From a virus (lineage: Duplodnaviria; Heunggongvirae; Uroviricota; Caudoviricetes; Straboviridae): a DNA stretch of 64,000 nucleotides. Position numbers and translations under genes: made by a program. Every line of letters begins with the position of its first letter. The first letter of the stretch is position 1. The notes beneath the pieces are model-generated. The model did not search any database and had not been told where the DNA came from. It was given only the letters and a program-made list of their open reading frames with translations. The DNA lies in the IMG/VR virus record IMGVR_UViG_638277085_000001, positions 99,399-163,398 of that record; one strand, 5' to 3'. Of the stretch, positions 46,646 through 56,018 are shown in pieces.

Positions 46646-47122
46646 ATGGCATATGAATCAGTTTTTAACGGTACAAACCGTTACAAAGTTCTACGTGAAG
46701 GTCGTGAATACATCAACAAAGTTGCACATCGTCATGGCGCAGTTGACAAAGGTATTTACGTCACTATGGACTATCACGTGATTGTTCGCATCATGGATCA
46801 TTCGTTCCCTGCACGTGTATTTGAAATCATCGTTGGTCGATTGATCAAAAATCACCAAGACGAGATTTTGAAAATCGCGAATATGCCAGCAGAAGAACGA
46901 CCGAAGCACATCAATGTGTACGGCAACAAGCCAGATTCACCGTACATGGTTGGCATTACAATCAACAAAGCGCAAACAGGTAAAGTTTATGTGAACTTGA
47001 GAACGTGCTATAAAGAACGCAACAGCAAATACCGTCAACGCATCATCGAAGCATACAAGATTCGTGTAAAATCTTCTTCAGAACTTGAAGGCGCAGAAAG
47101 TGAGGTTGATTCAGATCAATAA
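46646..47122 (+). CDS. regB: RegB-like site-specific endoribonuclease
   Basis: H...R helix, MP...RP, VGITINK, LRTC resemble T4 RegB; its own SD contains GGAG. Confidence 0.5.
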   Translation: MAYESVFNGTNRYKVLREGREYINKVAHRHGAVDKGIYVTMDYHVIVRIMDHSFPARVFEIIVGRLIKNHQDEILKIANMPAEERPKHINVYGNKPDSPYMVGITINKAQTGKVYVNLRTCYKERNSKYRQRIIEAYKIRVKSSSELEGAESEVDSDQ

Positions 47123-47125
47123 ATA
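47119..47125 (+). promoter_or_regulatory. possible T4-type late promoter
   Basis: ATAAATA upstream of nrdA. Confidence 0.4.
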
Positions 47126-47154
47126 GAAAACAATTAACAAACGAGGGAATTTTG

Positions 47155-49380
47155 ATGCTTGTAGTGAAGTCTTCTGGCATTACAGAAGAATTTGAAGAAA
47201 GTAAATTGATGCGCGTACTTAGTGACGCATGTAAGAATACGACAATTGATCCACATCAATTACTTGCCCGCGTGAAAGCTCAACTTAGCGACGGGATGAC
47301 GAGCAAAGACATTCAAAAGGCAGCGATCAAAATCGCTGCCGATAGCATTTCAGTAGAAGAGCCAGATTATCAATACGTCGCGGCTCGACTGGCTATGTAT
47401 GGTCTTCGCAAAGATGTATATGGTCAATTCGACCCTATTCCATTCAAACAACTCATTGAAAGAAACACTGCAATCGAAGTTTACGATTCCGAGATTCTTG
47501 AAAAATGGTCAGACTCAGAACTAGAATACCTGGAATCTCAAGTCAAGCATGAGCGCGACTTTGATTTTGCGTATGCAGGTGTAATGCAATTCAAAGAAAA
47601 ATACTTGTGCAAAAACCGTGGTACTGGTGCGATTTACGAAACACCGCAATATGCTTACATGCTCATTGCTATGTGTTTGCACCAAGAAGAGAAATACGAC
47701 CGATTAAAGCACGTTATTGACTTTTATAACGCTGTTTCAACTCAAAAACTTTCGCTACCTACACCGATTATGGCAGGCGTTCGTACCCCGACACGTCAAT
47801 TTAGCTCGTGTGTGAAAATCGAATCTGGCGACTCGCTGCGTTCGATCAACAAGGTATCTGAAGCTATCGTTGATTACATTAGTAAACGTGCGGGTATTGG
47901 CGTAAACGGTGGTGCAATTCGAGCAGAGGGTTCGGTTGTACGTGCGGGTGAAATTCGTCACACTGGCGTAATTCCTTTCTGGAAACACTTTCAGACTGCG
48001 GTTAAATCGTGTTCTCAAGGTGGTGTACGTGGCGGTGCTGCGACTCTGACTTACCCGATCTGGCACTTAGAAGTAGAAAAGCTTCTTGTTCTGAAGAACA
48101 ACAAAGGTGTTGAAGAGAACCGTATTCGTCATCTTGACTACAGCGTATCAATTAACCGATTGATGATGCAACGCCTGGTTAATAACGAGTACATCACGCT
48201 ATTCAGCCCCGATGAGCGTCACGGTGCGCTTTACGGTGAGTATCACACAAACCCAGAAGAGTTTGAGCGTCTTTACCTAGAGCTTGAAGCTGATCCGAAA
48301 GTGCGCAAGAAACGCATCAAGGCAACTGAACTATTCAGTATCTTTGGTCAAGAGCGTTCAAGTACGGGTCGTATCTACCCGATCTTCGTAGATAACTTGA
48401 ATGCACAGTCACCGTACATCGAAGCAATCAAGCAATCTAACTTGTGTATGGAAATCGCGCTACCGACGTACCCGCTTGGTACTTCATATGAAGAAATCGC
48501 ACTTTGTACGCTTGCTGCTTACAACTTAGGTGCAATCGAATCGCCGAGTGAATTTGCTCGACTGGCGCCAATCGTTATTCGTGCGCTTGATAATCTACTA
48601 GATTACCAAGATTATCCAGTAGAAGCCGCTGAAAAAGCAAAATATCGTCGCGCATTGGGTATCGGTATCACTAACTTTGCATATTTCTTGGCAAAGAACT
48701 TCGTTGGATACGACTCATCAGCTAAGTATCTCGTGCATGAATGGATGGAAGCAATGTCTTACTACAACATTCAAGCATCAATGATGTTAGCAAAAGAGCG
48801 TGGCGCGAACAAATGGCATCGTAAGACGCGCTGGGCTAAAGGTCAGTTGCCAATTGACTGGTACAATAAAAATGTTGATAAGCTTGTCAAGCCGAATTAT
48901 AATCTAGACTGGGAAGCACTTCGCGCTGACGTAATTCGTTACGGTATGCGAAATGACACCACTTCAGCTTTCATGCCATGTGAAAGTAGTTCTCAGATTA
49001 GCAACAGCACGAACGGTATTGAGCCACCACGTGGTCTAGTATCGACTAAGCAATCAAAAGATGGCGTTTTCAACCAAGTTGTGCCTGAAGTTGACTTGCT
49101 GAAAGATGAATACGGACTTGCGTGGAAAGTTTGCGAAAAAGATAACTTTGGTTATCTGACGCTAGTTGCAATCATGCAGAAGTTTGTTGATCAAAGCATT
49201 TCAGCGAACCAATATTACGATCCTTCTAAATTCCCAAATGGGAAGATTCCGATGGAACGTATTTTTGAAGAACTAGCGTTCTGTAGCCATTACGGTATCA
49301 AGACTCTTTATTATTCTAACACTCGTGACGGTGCTGACGGCACTGAAGACGGGGAAGACTGTGACGGTTGCAAAGTTTAA
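47155..49380 (+). CDS. nrdA: class Ia ribonucleotide reductase alpha subunit
   Basis: ATP cone, PTPIMAG, QFSSC, QGGVRGG, SNLCMEI, C-terminal CDGCKV. Confidence 0.97.
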   Translation: MLVVKSSGITEEFEESKLMRVLSDACKNTTIDPHQLLARVKAQLSDGMTSKDIQKAAIKIAADSISVEEPDYQYVAARLAMYGLRKDVYGQFDPIPFKQLIERNTAIEVYDSEILEKWSDSELEYLESQVKHERDFDFAYAGVMQFKEKYLCKNRGTGAIYETPQYAYMLIAMCLHQEEKYDRLKHVIDFYNAVSTQKLSLPTPIMAGVRTPTRQFSSCVKIESGDSLRSINKVSEAIVDYISKRAGIGVNGGAIRAEGSVVRAGEIRHTGVIPFWKHFQTAVKSCSQGGVRGGAATLTYPIWHLEVEKLLVLKNNKGVEENRIRHLDYSVSINRLMMQRLVNNEYITLFSPDERHGALYGEYHTNPEEFERLYLELEADPKVRKKRIKATELFSIFGQERSSTGRIYPIFVDNLNAQSPYIEAIKQSNLCMEIALPTYPLGTSYEEIALCTLAAYNLGAIESPSEFARLAPIVIRALDNLLDYQDYPVEAAEKAKYRRALGIGITNFAYFLAKNFVGYDSSAKYLVHEWMEAMSYYNIQASMMLAKERGANKWHRKTRWAKGQLPIDWYNKNVDKLVKPNYNLDWEALRADVIRYGMRNDTTSAFMPCESSSQISNSTNGIEPPRGLVSTKQSKDGVFNQVVPEVDLLKDEYGLAWKVCEKDNFGYLTLVAIMQKFVDQSISANQYYDPSKFPNGKIPMERIFEELAFCSHYGIKTLYYSNTRDGADGTEDGEDCDGCKV

Positions 49381-49389
49381 GGTAGATAC

Positions 49390-50514
49390 ATGTCTAAGAC
49401 GATTTTCAATAAAAATAAGGTTGACCATCTTGGTCAACCTCTTTTCTTGGGCGAAGACCCAAACATTTCACGATTCGAAACGGTGAAACACGGCGTATTC
49501 GAACAGCTTACTGAAAAACAACTTTCATTCTTCTGGCGACCAGAAGAAGTCGATTTGACTCTTGACTCTCAAGAATTTGATCGAATGCCCGAACACTGGA
49601 AACACGTGTTCACGCAAAATCTGAAGTATCAATCACTGCTAGACTCAGTGCAGGGTCGTGCGCCTAATATCGCGTTCTTGCCTATCTGTAGTGACAACTC
49701 GCTTGAAAACTGGATCACTACGTGGGACTTCAGTGAAACTATTCACAGTCGCTCTTACACGCACATCATGCGCAACTTGTATTCAAACCCGAGTGCGGTG
49801 TTTGACGAAATTGTTCTTGACAAGTCAATCATGGCACGTGCTGAAGCAGTTACCGAGCATTATGACAAGCTAATTGCCGAAACGCAAAAGCTAAATCAGC
49901 TCAAAACTATGAATCTAGATGAAGCTCACATTCTTATGCAAGAGAGTGCAGTGAAAGAAGCTCTTTATCTGTGTATGCACGCAGTAAATGCTCTTGAAGC
50001 TATTCGATTCTACGTTTCATTCGCGTGTACGTTCAACTTTGCCGAGCAAGGCATTATGGAAGGTAACGCTAAAGTAATGAAGCTGATTGCTCGTGATGAA
50101 CAGCTTCACTTGAAAGGTACACAAGCGTTAATCAGCATCTGGCAGAACTACAAAGACGACCCAGAAATGGCAGAAATTTCGCTTCGCCTTCAACCAGAAG
50201 CCGAAAAGATTTTCATGCAAGTCGTTGATCAAGAGAAAGAATGGGCACATTCTCTGTTCTCACAAGGTACAGTTCCAGGTCTAAACGCTCAAATTCTTTG
50301 TGAATATGTTGAATATCTTGCAGATAGTCGTATGCGTTCAGTTGGTTTGAATAGTCCGTACCCTCGACGTAAACACCCACTTCCATGGATTCGTAAGTGG
50401 CTAAATAGTGATTCAGTACAAGTAGCAGCGCAAGAAGCTGAACTTAGTTCGTACCTTGTTGGTCAGATTGACTCGACAGTACGCCCTGAATTCCTAAAAA
50501 CGTTAGAGGTGTAA
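49390..50514 (+). CDS. nrdB: class Ia ribonucleotide reductase beta subunit
   Basis: FFWRPEEV, DSVQGR, ETIHSRSY, EAIRFYVSF, RDEQLH. Confidence 0.97.
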   Translation: MSKTIFNKNKVDHLGQPLFLGEDPNISRFETVKHGVFEQLTEKQLSFFWRPEEVDLTLDSQEFDRMPEHWKHVFTQNLKYQSLLDSVQGRAPNIAFLPICSDNSLENWITTWDFSETIHSRSYTHIMRNLYSNPSAVFDEIVLDKSIMARAEAVTEHYDKLIAETQKLNQLKTMNLDEAHILMQESAVKEALYLCMHAVNALEAIRFYVSFACTFNFAEQGIMEGNAKVMKLIARDEQLHLKGTQALISIWQNYKDDPEMAEISLRLQPEAEKIFMQVVDQEKEWAHSLFSQGTVPGLNAQILCEYVEYLADSRMRSVGLNSPYPRRKHPLPWIRKWLNSDSVQVAAQEAELSSYLVGQIDSTVRPEFLKTLEV

Positions 50515-50515
50515 T

Positions 50516-50815
50516 TTGGTAGAAATATTTGGTTGGGACGAAAGCGATTTTCGCTGCGTTCCTTGCTTGAAAGCAAAACGACTAGCTGAAACACGCGGCA
50601 TGATCTTTGACTTCATCCCGCTTGCAAAAGAAAAGGTAACAGACGCACACAAACACAATCGCGAAGAACTAGAAAGGCGAATGCATGAAATGGGTAAAGA
50701 GCTAAAGACTCTCCCACAAGTGTTCTTCGACGGTGTTCATGTGGGTGGTTTTGACGACTTCAAGGCTAAGATACATTCCATTGAAGAAGCTCGTTGGGAT
50801 GCACGCATCAAATAA
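50516..50815 (+). CDS. nrdC: glutaredoxin (T4 NrdC-like)
   Basis: CVPC, TLPQVF, HVGGFDD. Confidence 0.85.
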   Translation: MVEIFGWDESDFRCVPCLKAKRLAETRGMIFDFIPLAKEKVTDAHKHNREELERRMHEMGKELKTLPQVFFDGVHVGGFDDFKAKIHSIEEARWDARIK

Positions 50816-50821
50816 TTAAAG

Positions 50822-50858
50822 AAAAGGGTTGACAGATGTCAGCCCTTTTTTGTATGCT
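50822..50858 (+). promoter_or_regulatory. sigma70 promoter with -35 in a terminator hairpin
   Basis: AAAGGGTTGAC-AGAT-GTCAGCCCTTT-TTT; TTGACA 50829, TATGCT 50853. Confidence 0.8.
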
Positions 50859-50889
50859 TCGTTTGCTAAATCGACAAAGAGTGAGAAAT

Positions 50890-51462
50890 ATGAAAAAGCT
50901 AATGACACTGCTTCTAGCAGTTTGCGCGTTCAATGCATCTGCAAGCAATGTATGTCACGTCAAGTTCAACGGTCAAGAACTATCCGAGAAGCAATGGCAC
51001 AATGTTCGTGCTGTGTTCATCAACGGTTGGTACAATGACTTGAGTTGGTCACTTGCTGCTATCGCTATTGTCGAATCTAGTGCTGGTGAGCAAATGATTA
51101 ACAATCGAACGAAAGATTATGGTTTGATGCAAAACAACATCAAAACTGCGACTGCTCGATTGAAACGTTGGGAGAAAGCAGGTCGAGACTTCGGTCCCTA
51201 TGATCTCAACAATCCAGAAGATGTAAAAACAATATTGCTTACTGACCGTACGGTTTCCGTTCAGCTTGCCATTGAAGAGCTTGAATACTGGAAGAAGATA
51301 CGCGGTAAAAACAACTGGCGTGAAATCTATGCGAGTTACAATGGGGGTTTTTACAAAGATAAAACATGGGAAGCGCGTGCTGAAAAGTACTCTGAAAAAA
51401 TCGTAATGACTATGCGCAAACTAAAACCTTGCAAAGAGCAACTATTGAGAGGGTTATACTAA
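50890..51462 (+). CDS. secreted lytic transglycosylase (SLT-like)
   Basis: Signal peptide; AIAIVESS, DYGLMQ, YASYNGG. Confidence 0.8.
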   Translation: MKKLMTLLLAVCAFNASASNVCHVKFNGQELSEKQWHNVRAVFINGWYNDLSWSLAAIAIVESSAGEQMINNRTKDYGLMQNNIKTATARLKRWEKAGRDFGPYDLNNPEDVKTILLTDRTVSVQLAIEELEYWKKIRGKNNWREIYASYNGGFYKDKTWEARAEKYSEKIVMTMRKLKPCKEQLLRGLY

Positions 51463-51647
51463 TGGGACAGATATTAATTTGGGCAACTGCGTGGGCGATT
51501 GTGATGAACAATCAGTGGATGTTGAAAATCTTTTGTGCGTTTGGTTGGCACACGTGGGAATATACGAAAGGCAGTAAGCGCGTATGTAAGCATTGCCAGA
51601 AGCGTCAAAGCCTAATTCGTGTCGGTAATGACACTGAATGGAAATAA
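51462..51647 (+). CDS. small membrane zinc-binding protein
   Basis: FC..GWH.W...CKHC motif. Confidence 0.55.
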   Translation: MGQILIWATAWAIVMNNQWMLKIFCAFGWHTWEYTKGSKRVCKHCQKRQSLIRVGNDTEWK

Positions 51648-51670
51648 ATTAAAAAAAATGAAAAAAGTGG

Positions 51671-51698
51671 TTGCGTTGGTCTCAAAAATCATTAATAT
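51671..51698 (+). promoter_or_regulatory. sigma70 promoter
   Basis: A-tract, GTGG-TTGCGT 51671, TAATAT 51693. Confidence 0.7.
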
Positions 51699-51746
51699 AG
51701 ACGGTGTTGAAGAGAACAACGCAACTAACTAAAGAGAGAACATTAT

Positions 51747-52751
51747 ATGCAAGCTATCATCACTAACGCACTTTACCGCAACACTGAAATCAACGGCACT
51801 TACACTCTAATCGAGAAAGTTTGGAATAGCTCAGACGCAGCACCAAAAAATGGTCGTATGAAAATCATGCTTGACGGTGCAGTACGTACTATTCGCGTTA
51901 ACAAAGAAGACGTGCAATACGTTGATGAAGCTGACGCATCACAAACAGCAATCCCTGCACTTGCACCAGTGATTGAAGCTGAAACTGAAGAGCAAATCGC
52001 ACAACGCATCACTGAAGCGTTTGAAGCAATGGACATTTTCACAGTAGGTGCTATCGCTGGTCACGTTAAATCGCTGATTATCTCTGGTGCAGCAGGTGTT
52101 GGTAAGACGTTCACACTTGAGCGCGAACTAAACAAAGCTCAAGATCGCGGTGACATCAACTTCAAGAAAGTTGCTGGTACATGTTCTGGTATCGGTCTGT
52201 TCACTAAGCTTTGGGAATGTCGCAACCCAGGTGATGTTCTTCTTCTAGATGACGTAGACGTTTTCAAAGACGAAGATCAGCTAAACCTTCTTAAAGCAGC
52301 ACTAGACACTGGTGAAGAGCGTTGGGTTTCTTGGATGAAAGCAAGTTCTTACCTAGAAGAGCAAGGTATCGAACAAGAATTCTTGTTTGAAGGTACAGTA
52401 ATCTTTATCTCAAACAAAGACTTCGACCGCGAACTTGATGCAAACACAAAGTTATCACCGCACTTCAGCGCACTGATTTCACGTAGCATCTACCTTGATC
52501 TTGGTGTTCACACTAAAGAAGAAATCATGGTTCGCATCAAGCAAGTTGTTACAGCAACTACAATGCTCGAAGATCTTGGTCTAAACGGCGAGCAGATTGC
52601 TGAAATGCTAGTGTGGATTGAAAAGCACATGCTTGAACTGCGTACACTATCACTACGCACATGTTTACACATTGCAGACATGATGCTAACATCGCCTACT
52701 AAATGGGAAATGCTTGCGAAGATGACTATGCTATCTAAGAAGCGTAAATAA
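51747..52751 (+). CDS. AAA+ ATPase (T4-like phage family)
   Basis: GAAGVGKT Walker A, LLLDD Walker B, FISN sensor, ALISR. Confidence 0.85.
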   Translation: MQAIITNALYRNTEINGTYTLIEKVWNSSDAAPKNGRMKIMLDGAVRTIRVNKEDVQYVDEADASQTAIPALAPVIEAETEEQIAQRITEAFEAMDIFTVGAIAGHVKSLIISGAAGVGKTFTLERELNKAQDRGDINFKKVAGTCSGIGLFTKLWECRNPGDVLLLDDVDVFKDEDQLNLLKAALDTGEERWVSWMKASSYLEEQGIEQEFLFEGTVIFISNKDFDRELDANTKLSPHFSALISRSIYLDLGVHTKEEIMVRIKQVVTATTMLEDLGLNGEQIAEMLVWIEKHMLELRTLSLRTCLHIADMMLTSPTKWEMLAKMTMLSKKRK

Positions 52752-52758
52752 ACTCTTT

Positions 52759-52782
52759 GAGGGGCTGAAAAGCCCCGTTTTT
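52759..52782 (+). terminator. intrinsic terminator
   Basis: GGGGCT-GAAA-AGCCCC-GTTTTT. Confidence 0.8.
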
Positions 52783-52796
52783 CATATGAGGGATAT

Positions 52797-54083
52797 ATGC
52801 AACGTACACTATCAAGTATCGTTAATGACGAAGCGTTAGAATACGCTATGTATACCATCGAGAACCGCGCACTGGCAAACGGGATTGATGGACTTAAACC
52901 TGTTCAGCGATTTGTTCTGTACAACGTGATTAAAGACGCTAGTACATCGTTTGACAAGGTCGCAGCGTTAGGTAGCTCAGTGTCAAAGATTGGTTACAAT
53001 CACGGTGAGACTTCGGCACAAGACGCTCTAGCACTAATGGCAGCAGAATGGCAGAACAATGTCCCGATTGTACAAGGTCGCGGCAACTTCGGTTCTCGAA
53101 TGGTTAAAGAGTCGGCTTCTGCTCGTTACGTTTATGCAAAACTGCATGACAATTTTGATCTGTACTTCAAAGACATTCACTTGTCGCCTGAACATAAAGA
53201 TCTCGAACACGTACCGCCACAGTTTTATGTGCCTGTACTTCCGATGATTCTCATGAACGGTGTTCAAGGGATTGCGACGGGTTTCGCGTGTAACATTCTA
53301 CCCCATGACCCTGAGTGGGTTAAGAAAGCTGTTCTTGAATATCTAGCGGGTAAAGAAATCAGTGAACCAGTTGTTAAGTTCCCTGAGTTTTACGGCAAGA
53401 TTGAAAAGCTCGAACATAACAAATATGCTCAGATTGGTACAGTTGAAATTAGCGGTCTGACTGCGGTTGTTACTGAAATCCCGACAGGGTTCGATCACGC
53501 GAAATACATCATTGAACTTGACAAACTCGTTGAGAAAGGTAAAATCAGTAGCTACGTAGACGAGACTAGCGAAACGTTTCAGTTTCGTGTGCGATTCAAA
53601 CGTGGCGCGAAGATGACTGAAGAATCTGTAATCAAGACTCTGAAGTTGCAAAGCACATTCACGCAGAACATCAACGTCATCGACGAGAACTATCAAATTC
53701 GTCATTTTGACGACGTGAGAGAACTTGTGAAGTGGTTTGTTGATTTTCGCATGTCGTTCTTACCTAAACGCATTCAAGACTCGACAGAGCGCACAGAGAA
53801 GCGTGCTTCTCTAGCAATTGCAAAAGTTGAGTTTATCAAACGTGTTGTTTCGGGTACAATTATATTATTCGGTAAGAAGCGTGCTGAAGTAGCAGCAGAA
53901 CTTAAAGCCGATGAAGCATTTTCTGAGCATGTTACAGAGCTTCTAAATATGTCGGTCGACAAAATGACTGACGATGAGATTGCTCGGCTTGAGAAAGATG
54001 CCACAGTGGCTCAGAAAGAACTTTCTTACTGGCAGAAAACAACTGCTCAGAAAGAGTTTATCAAAGACATCAAGGCAATATAA
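52797..54083 (+). CDS. 52: type II DNA topoisomerase breakage-reunion subunit (gp52 / GyrA-like)
   Basis: DGLKPVQR, YNHGETS, GRGNFGS, ASARY, GIATGF. Confidence 0.93.
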   Translation: MQRTLSSIVNDEALEYAMYTIENRALANGIDGLKPVQRFVLYNVIKDASTSFDKVAALGSSVSKIGYNHGETSAQDALALMAAEWQNNVPIVQGRGNFGSRMVKESASARYVYAKLHDNFDLYFKDIHLSPEHKDLEHVPPQFYVPVLPMILMNGVQGIATGFACNILPHDPEWVKKAVLEYLAGKEISEPVVKFPEFYGKIEKLEHNKYAQIGTVEISGLTAVVTEIPTGFDHAKYIIELDKLVEKGKISSYVDETSETFQFRVRFKRGAKMTEESVIKTLKLQSTFTQNINVIDENYQIRHFDDVRELVKWFVDFRMSFLPKRIQDSTERTEKRASLAIAKVEFIKRVVSGTIILFGKKRAEVAAELKADEAFSEHVTELLNMSVDKMTDDEIARLEKDATVAQKELSYWQKTTAQKEFIKDIKAI

Positions 54084-54325
54084 TGAATATTATCGTCGAA
54101 AACGGCAACATTTTGCCGACTGATCAAGCGACGTTATTTGCTGACGAAGAAGTATTGAGAGTGCCTGGCACTTTCAATCTTACTGACTTGGTTTGTCATC
54201 TTGGTCTTTACAAATCAAAATCACAAGCCAGACAAGCGAATCGTGTCGGTGAAATTCCGACTGGTTACACTGAATTTAAAGGCAATAAGAAAACGCCTTT
54301 GTACGTCTGGAATCCAACAGAGTAA
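54083..54325 (+). CDS. stand-alone S4-like RNA-binding domain protein
   Basis: LGLYKSKSQARQ..RVGEI resembles the TyrRS C-terminal S4 motif. Confidence 0.5.
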   Translation: MNIIVENGNILPTDQATLFADEEVLRVPGTFNLTDLVCHLGLYKSKSQARQANRVGEIPTGYTEFKGNKKTPLYVWNPTE

Positions 54326-54333
54326 GGTAAATT

Positions 54334-55215
54334 ATGCAGGTAAGATGGACAGAAATGTTTTACAGCATTCAAGGCGAAGGGAAATACACTGGTCAAGCTA
54401 GTTTGTTCTTTCGCTTCTGGGGTTGTAACTTAGAATGTCACGGCTTCGGGCAAGAAGATCCGACGAATAAAGATACATGGGTATTAGACTTCAAAGACTA
54501 CGACCCGAAAGCGAACAACGTGACTTCAGTCGAAGATCTGCCTGTATGGACTCGTGGATGTGACTCTTCTTACACGTGGGCTAAAAAGTATGCTCATCTT
54601 GCTTCAAAGTCTGAAGTCGCAGATGTATGCGAAGCAATGCTTGAGAAACTGCCTAATCGAGTTTGGGGAGATATTCATTGGGTAATTACAGGTGGTGAGC
54701 CGATGATGAATCAAGCTCAAATCATCGAAATGATGAATTACTTCATCAAAATTGACAATTATCCAAAACATGTCACGATTGAAACTAATGGTACGCGAGA
54801 ACTCAAGCCAGAATTTGCAGAGCGTTGGGCGCTAATTCAGTGGAATACGCATCGTAATGTTCACTTGAGTTTCAGCGTGTCGGCTAAGTTGTACAACGTA
54901 ACTGGCGAAGTGCATGAAAAAGCAATCAAGCCAAAAGTTGTCAACCAGTATGCACGCATCGGAGAAGTCTGGCTAAAGCCAGTCGTCGTAGACAAGGAAG
55001 CGTGTTGGGACGAGCTTGATATTGTGATCGCACAGTTCAAAGCAGAACGCAACTTACACAACGTTCCGGTGTATATCATGCCATGTGGCGCTACTCAAGA
55101 AGAGCAAGAGCAAGATGGTTATATGGCGTCAATCGCAGGGAAAGCATTGGCGCGTGGTTACAACGTTTCTGTACGAACTCACGTATGGATTTGGGGTAAC
55201 GCGGTGGGCACGTAA
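54334..55215 (+). CDS. queE: 7-carboxy-7-deazaguanine synthase (radical SAM)
   Basis: EMFYSIQGEG, GCNLECHGF...GCDS, ITGGEP, IETNGT, SVSAK, RTHVWIWGN. Confidence 0.85.
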   Translation: MQVRWTEMFYSIQGEGKYTGQASLFFRFWGCNLECHGFGQEDPTNKDTWVLDFKDYDPKANNVTSVEDLPVWTRGCDSSYTWAKKYAHLASKSEVADVCEAMLEKLPNRVWGDIHWVITGGEPMMNQAQIIEMMNYFIKIDNYPKHVTIETNGTRELKPEFAERWALIQWNTHRNVHLSFSVSAKLYNVTGEVHEKAIKPKVVNQYARIGEVWLKPVVVDKEACWDELDIVIAQFKAERNLHNVPVYIMPCGATQEEQEQDGYMASIAGKALARGYNVSVRTHVWIWGNAVGT

Positions 55216-55250
55216 GTGCCCTTTTATTCCCTTTGAAGTGAGAAATTATT

Positions 55251-55505
55251 ATGATTCTATTTGGTCACGTGGTTGGTACAATCGGTATGATTCTAATCTG
55301 TCTAGCATTCTGGATGGTGACGAGTGAAAAATATAAGCCTACCGATGATAAGTACTTGTGGACTAATATGTCAGGTGCTATACTGCTTACGATTAGCTTG
55401 CTAATCAACTTCAATCTTGGTAGCTTCATGATTGAGCTATTCTGGATTTACATTAGCGGCACCGCGCTATACAAGAACTACAAATTGCGAAAAAACGCTA
55501 AATAG
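55251..55505 (+). CDS. small three-TM membrane protein (CBU_0592 / PQ-loop-like)
   Basis: G.IGMILI, N..GAILL, IELFWIYIS. Confidence 0.7.
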   Translation: MILFGHVVGTIGMILICLAFWMVTSEKYKPTDDKYLWTNMSGAILLTISLLINFNLGSFMIELFWIYISGTALYKNYKLRKNAK

Positions 55506-55508
55506 TAG

Positions 55509-55552
55509 TTGATAAGCTTGTCGATTCGTGTATAATCAACTGCGAATCGACA
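55509..55552 (+). promoter_or_regulatory. promoter whose -10 is enclosed by an 11-bp inverted repeat
   Basis: TTGATA 55509, TATAAT 55531; TTGTCGATTCG...CGAATCGACAA. Confidence 0.6.
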
Positions 55553-55570
55553 AACAAACTGGAGAATCTA

Positions 55571-55729
55571 ATGTCTAAAAATAAAAAGCCAAGCAATAAG
55601 CCACAAAACTTCGTTGCAAAGCACATGAATACTTTCAATCATGCTTCAGTTGAAGAAGATAGAAAGAAGAAATCAAAGCGTTTAACTAAGCGCAAAATGA
55701 AACACAAAGGGAAAGCCTATGATGAATGA
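55571..55729 (+). CDS. small basic protein (absent from ORF track, 52 aa)
   Basis: GGAG RBS; NFVAKHMNTFN...DRKK...KHK. Confidence 0.7.
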   Translation: MSKNKKPSNKPQNFVAKHMNTFNHASVEEDRKKKSKRLTKRKMKHKGKAYDE

Positions 55730-56018
55730 TGTTTTAGCTGGTATACCCATGCCGCCTCAGAAACCCAAGTTCATCCCAGAATCTGACGACCATCAATTCT
55801 TTCACGATTGTGCTGGGTTTGATTGGTTCTATCAATTCAGTGATGATCACAGCGTATATCTTCGCGGTGAACGTGAATTGTCTAAGCTAAAGTCGCGAAT
55901 GACAAACGAACGCAGAAATAAAATCTATGAAGCGTGGTGTCAGTATATGTTCAGCGGTCCCAATTTCGGGCTAGAGCAACACCCTGAACCAAAGTGGGAA
56001 GATTTTAAAGATGCATAA
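55719..56018 (+). CDS. hypothetical protein
   Basis: FDWFYQFSDD motif. Confidence 0.65.
   Translation: MMNDVLAGIPMPPQKPKFIPESDDHQFFHDCAGFDWFYQFSDDHSVYLRGERELSKLKSRMTNERRNKIYEAWCQYMFSGPNFGLEQHPEPKWEDFKDA

Noticed and set aside
47155-50514. Possible introns, inteins or homing endonucleases in nrdA/nrdB
   Set aside because: Both ORFs are continuous and of normal length.
790-51700. Recurring 30-50 nt motif considered as a CRISPR array or attC-like integron sites
   Set aside because: Spacing is irregular and gene-sized, copies carry -35/-10 boxes and RBS leaders, and no cas or integrase gene is present. They are promoter cassettes.
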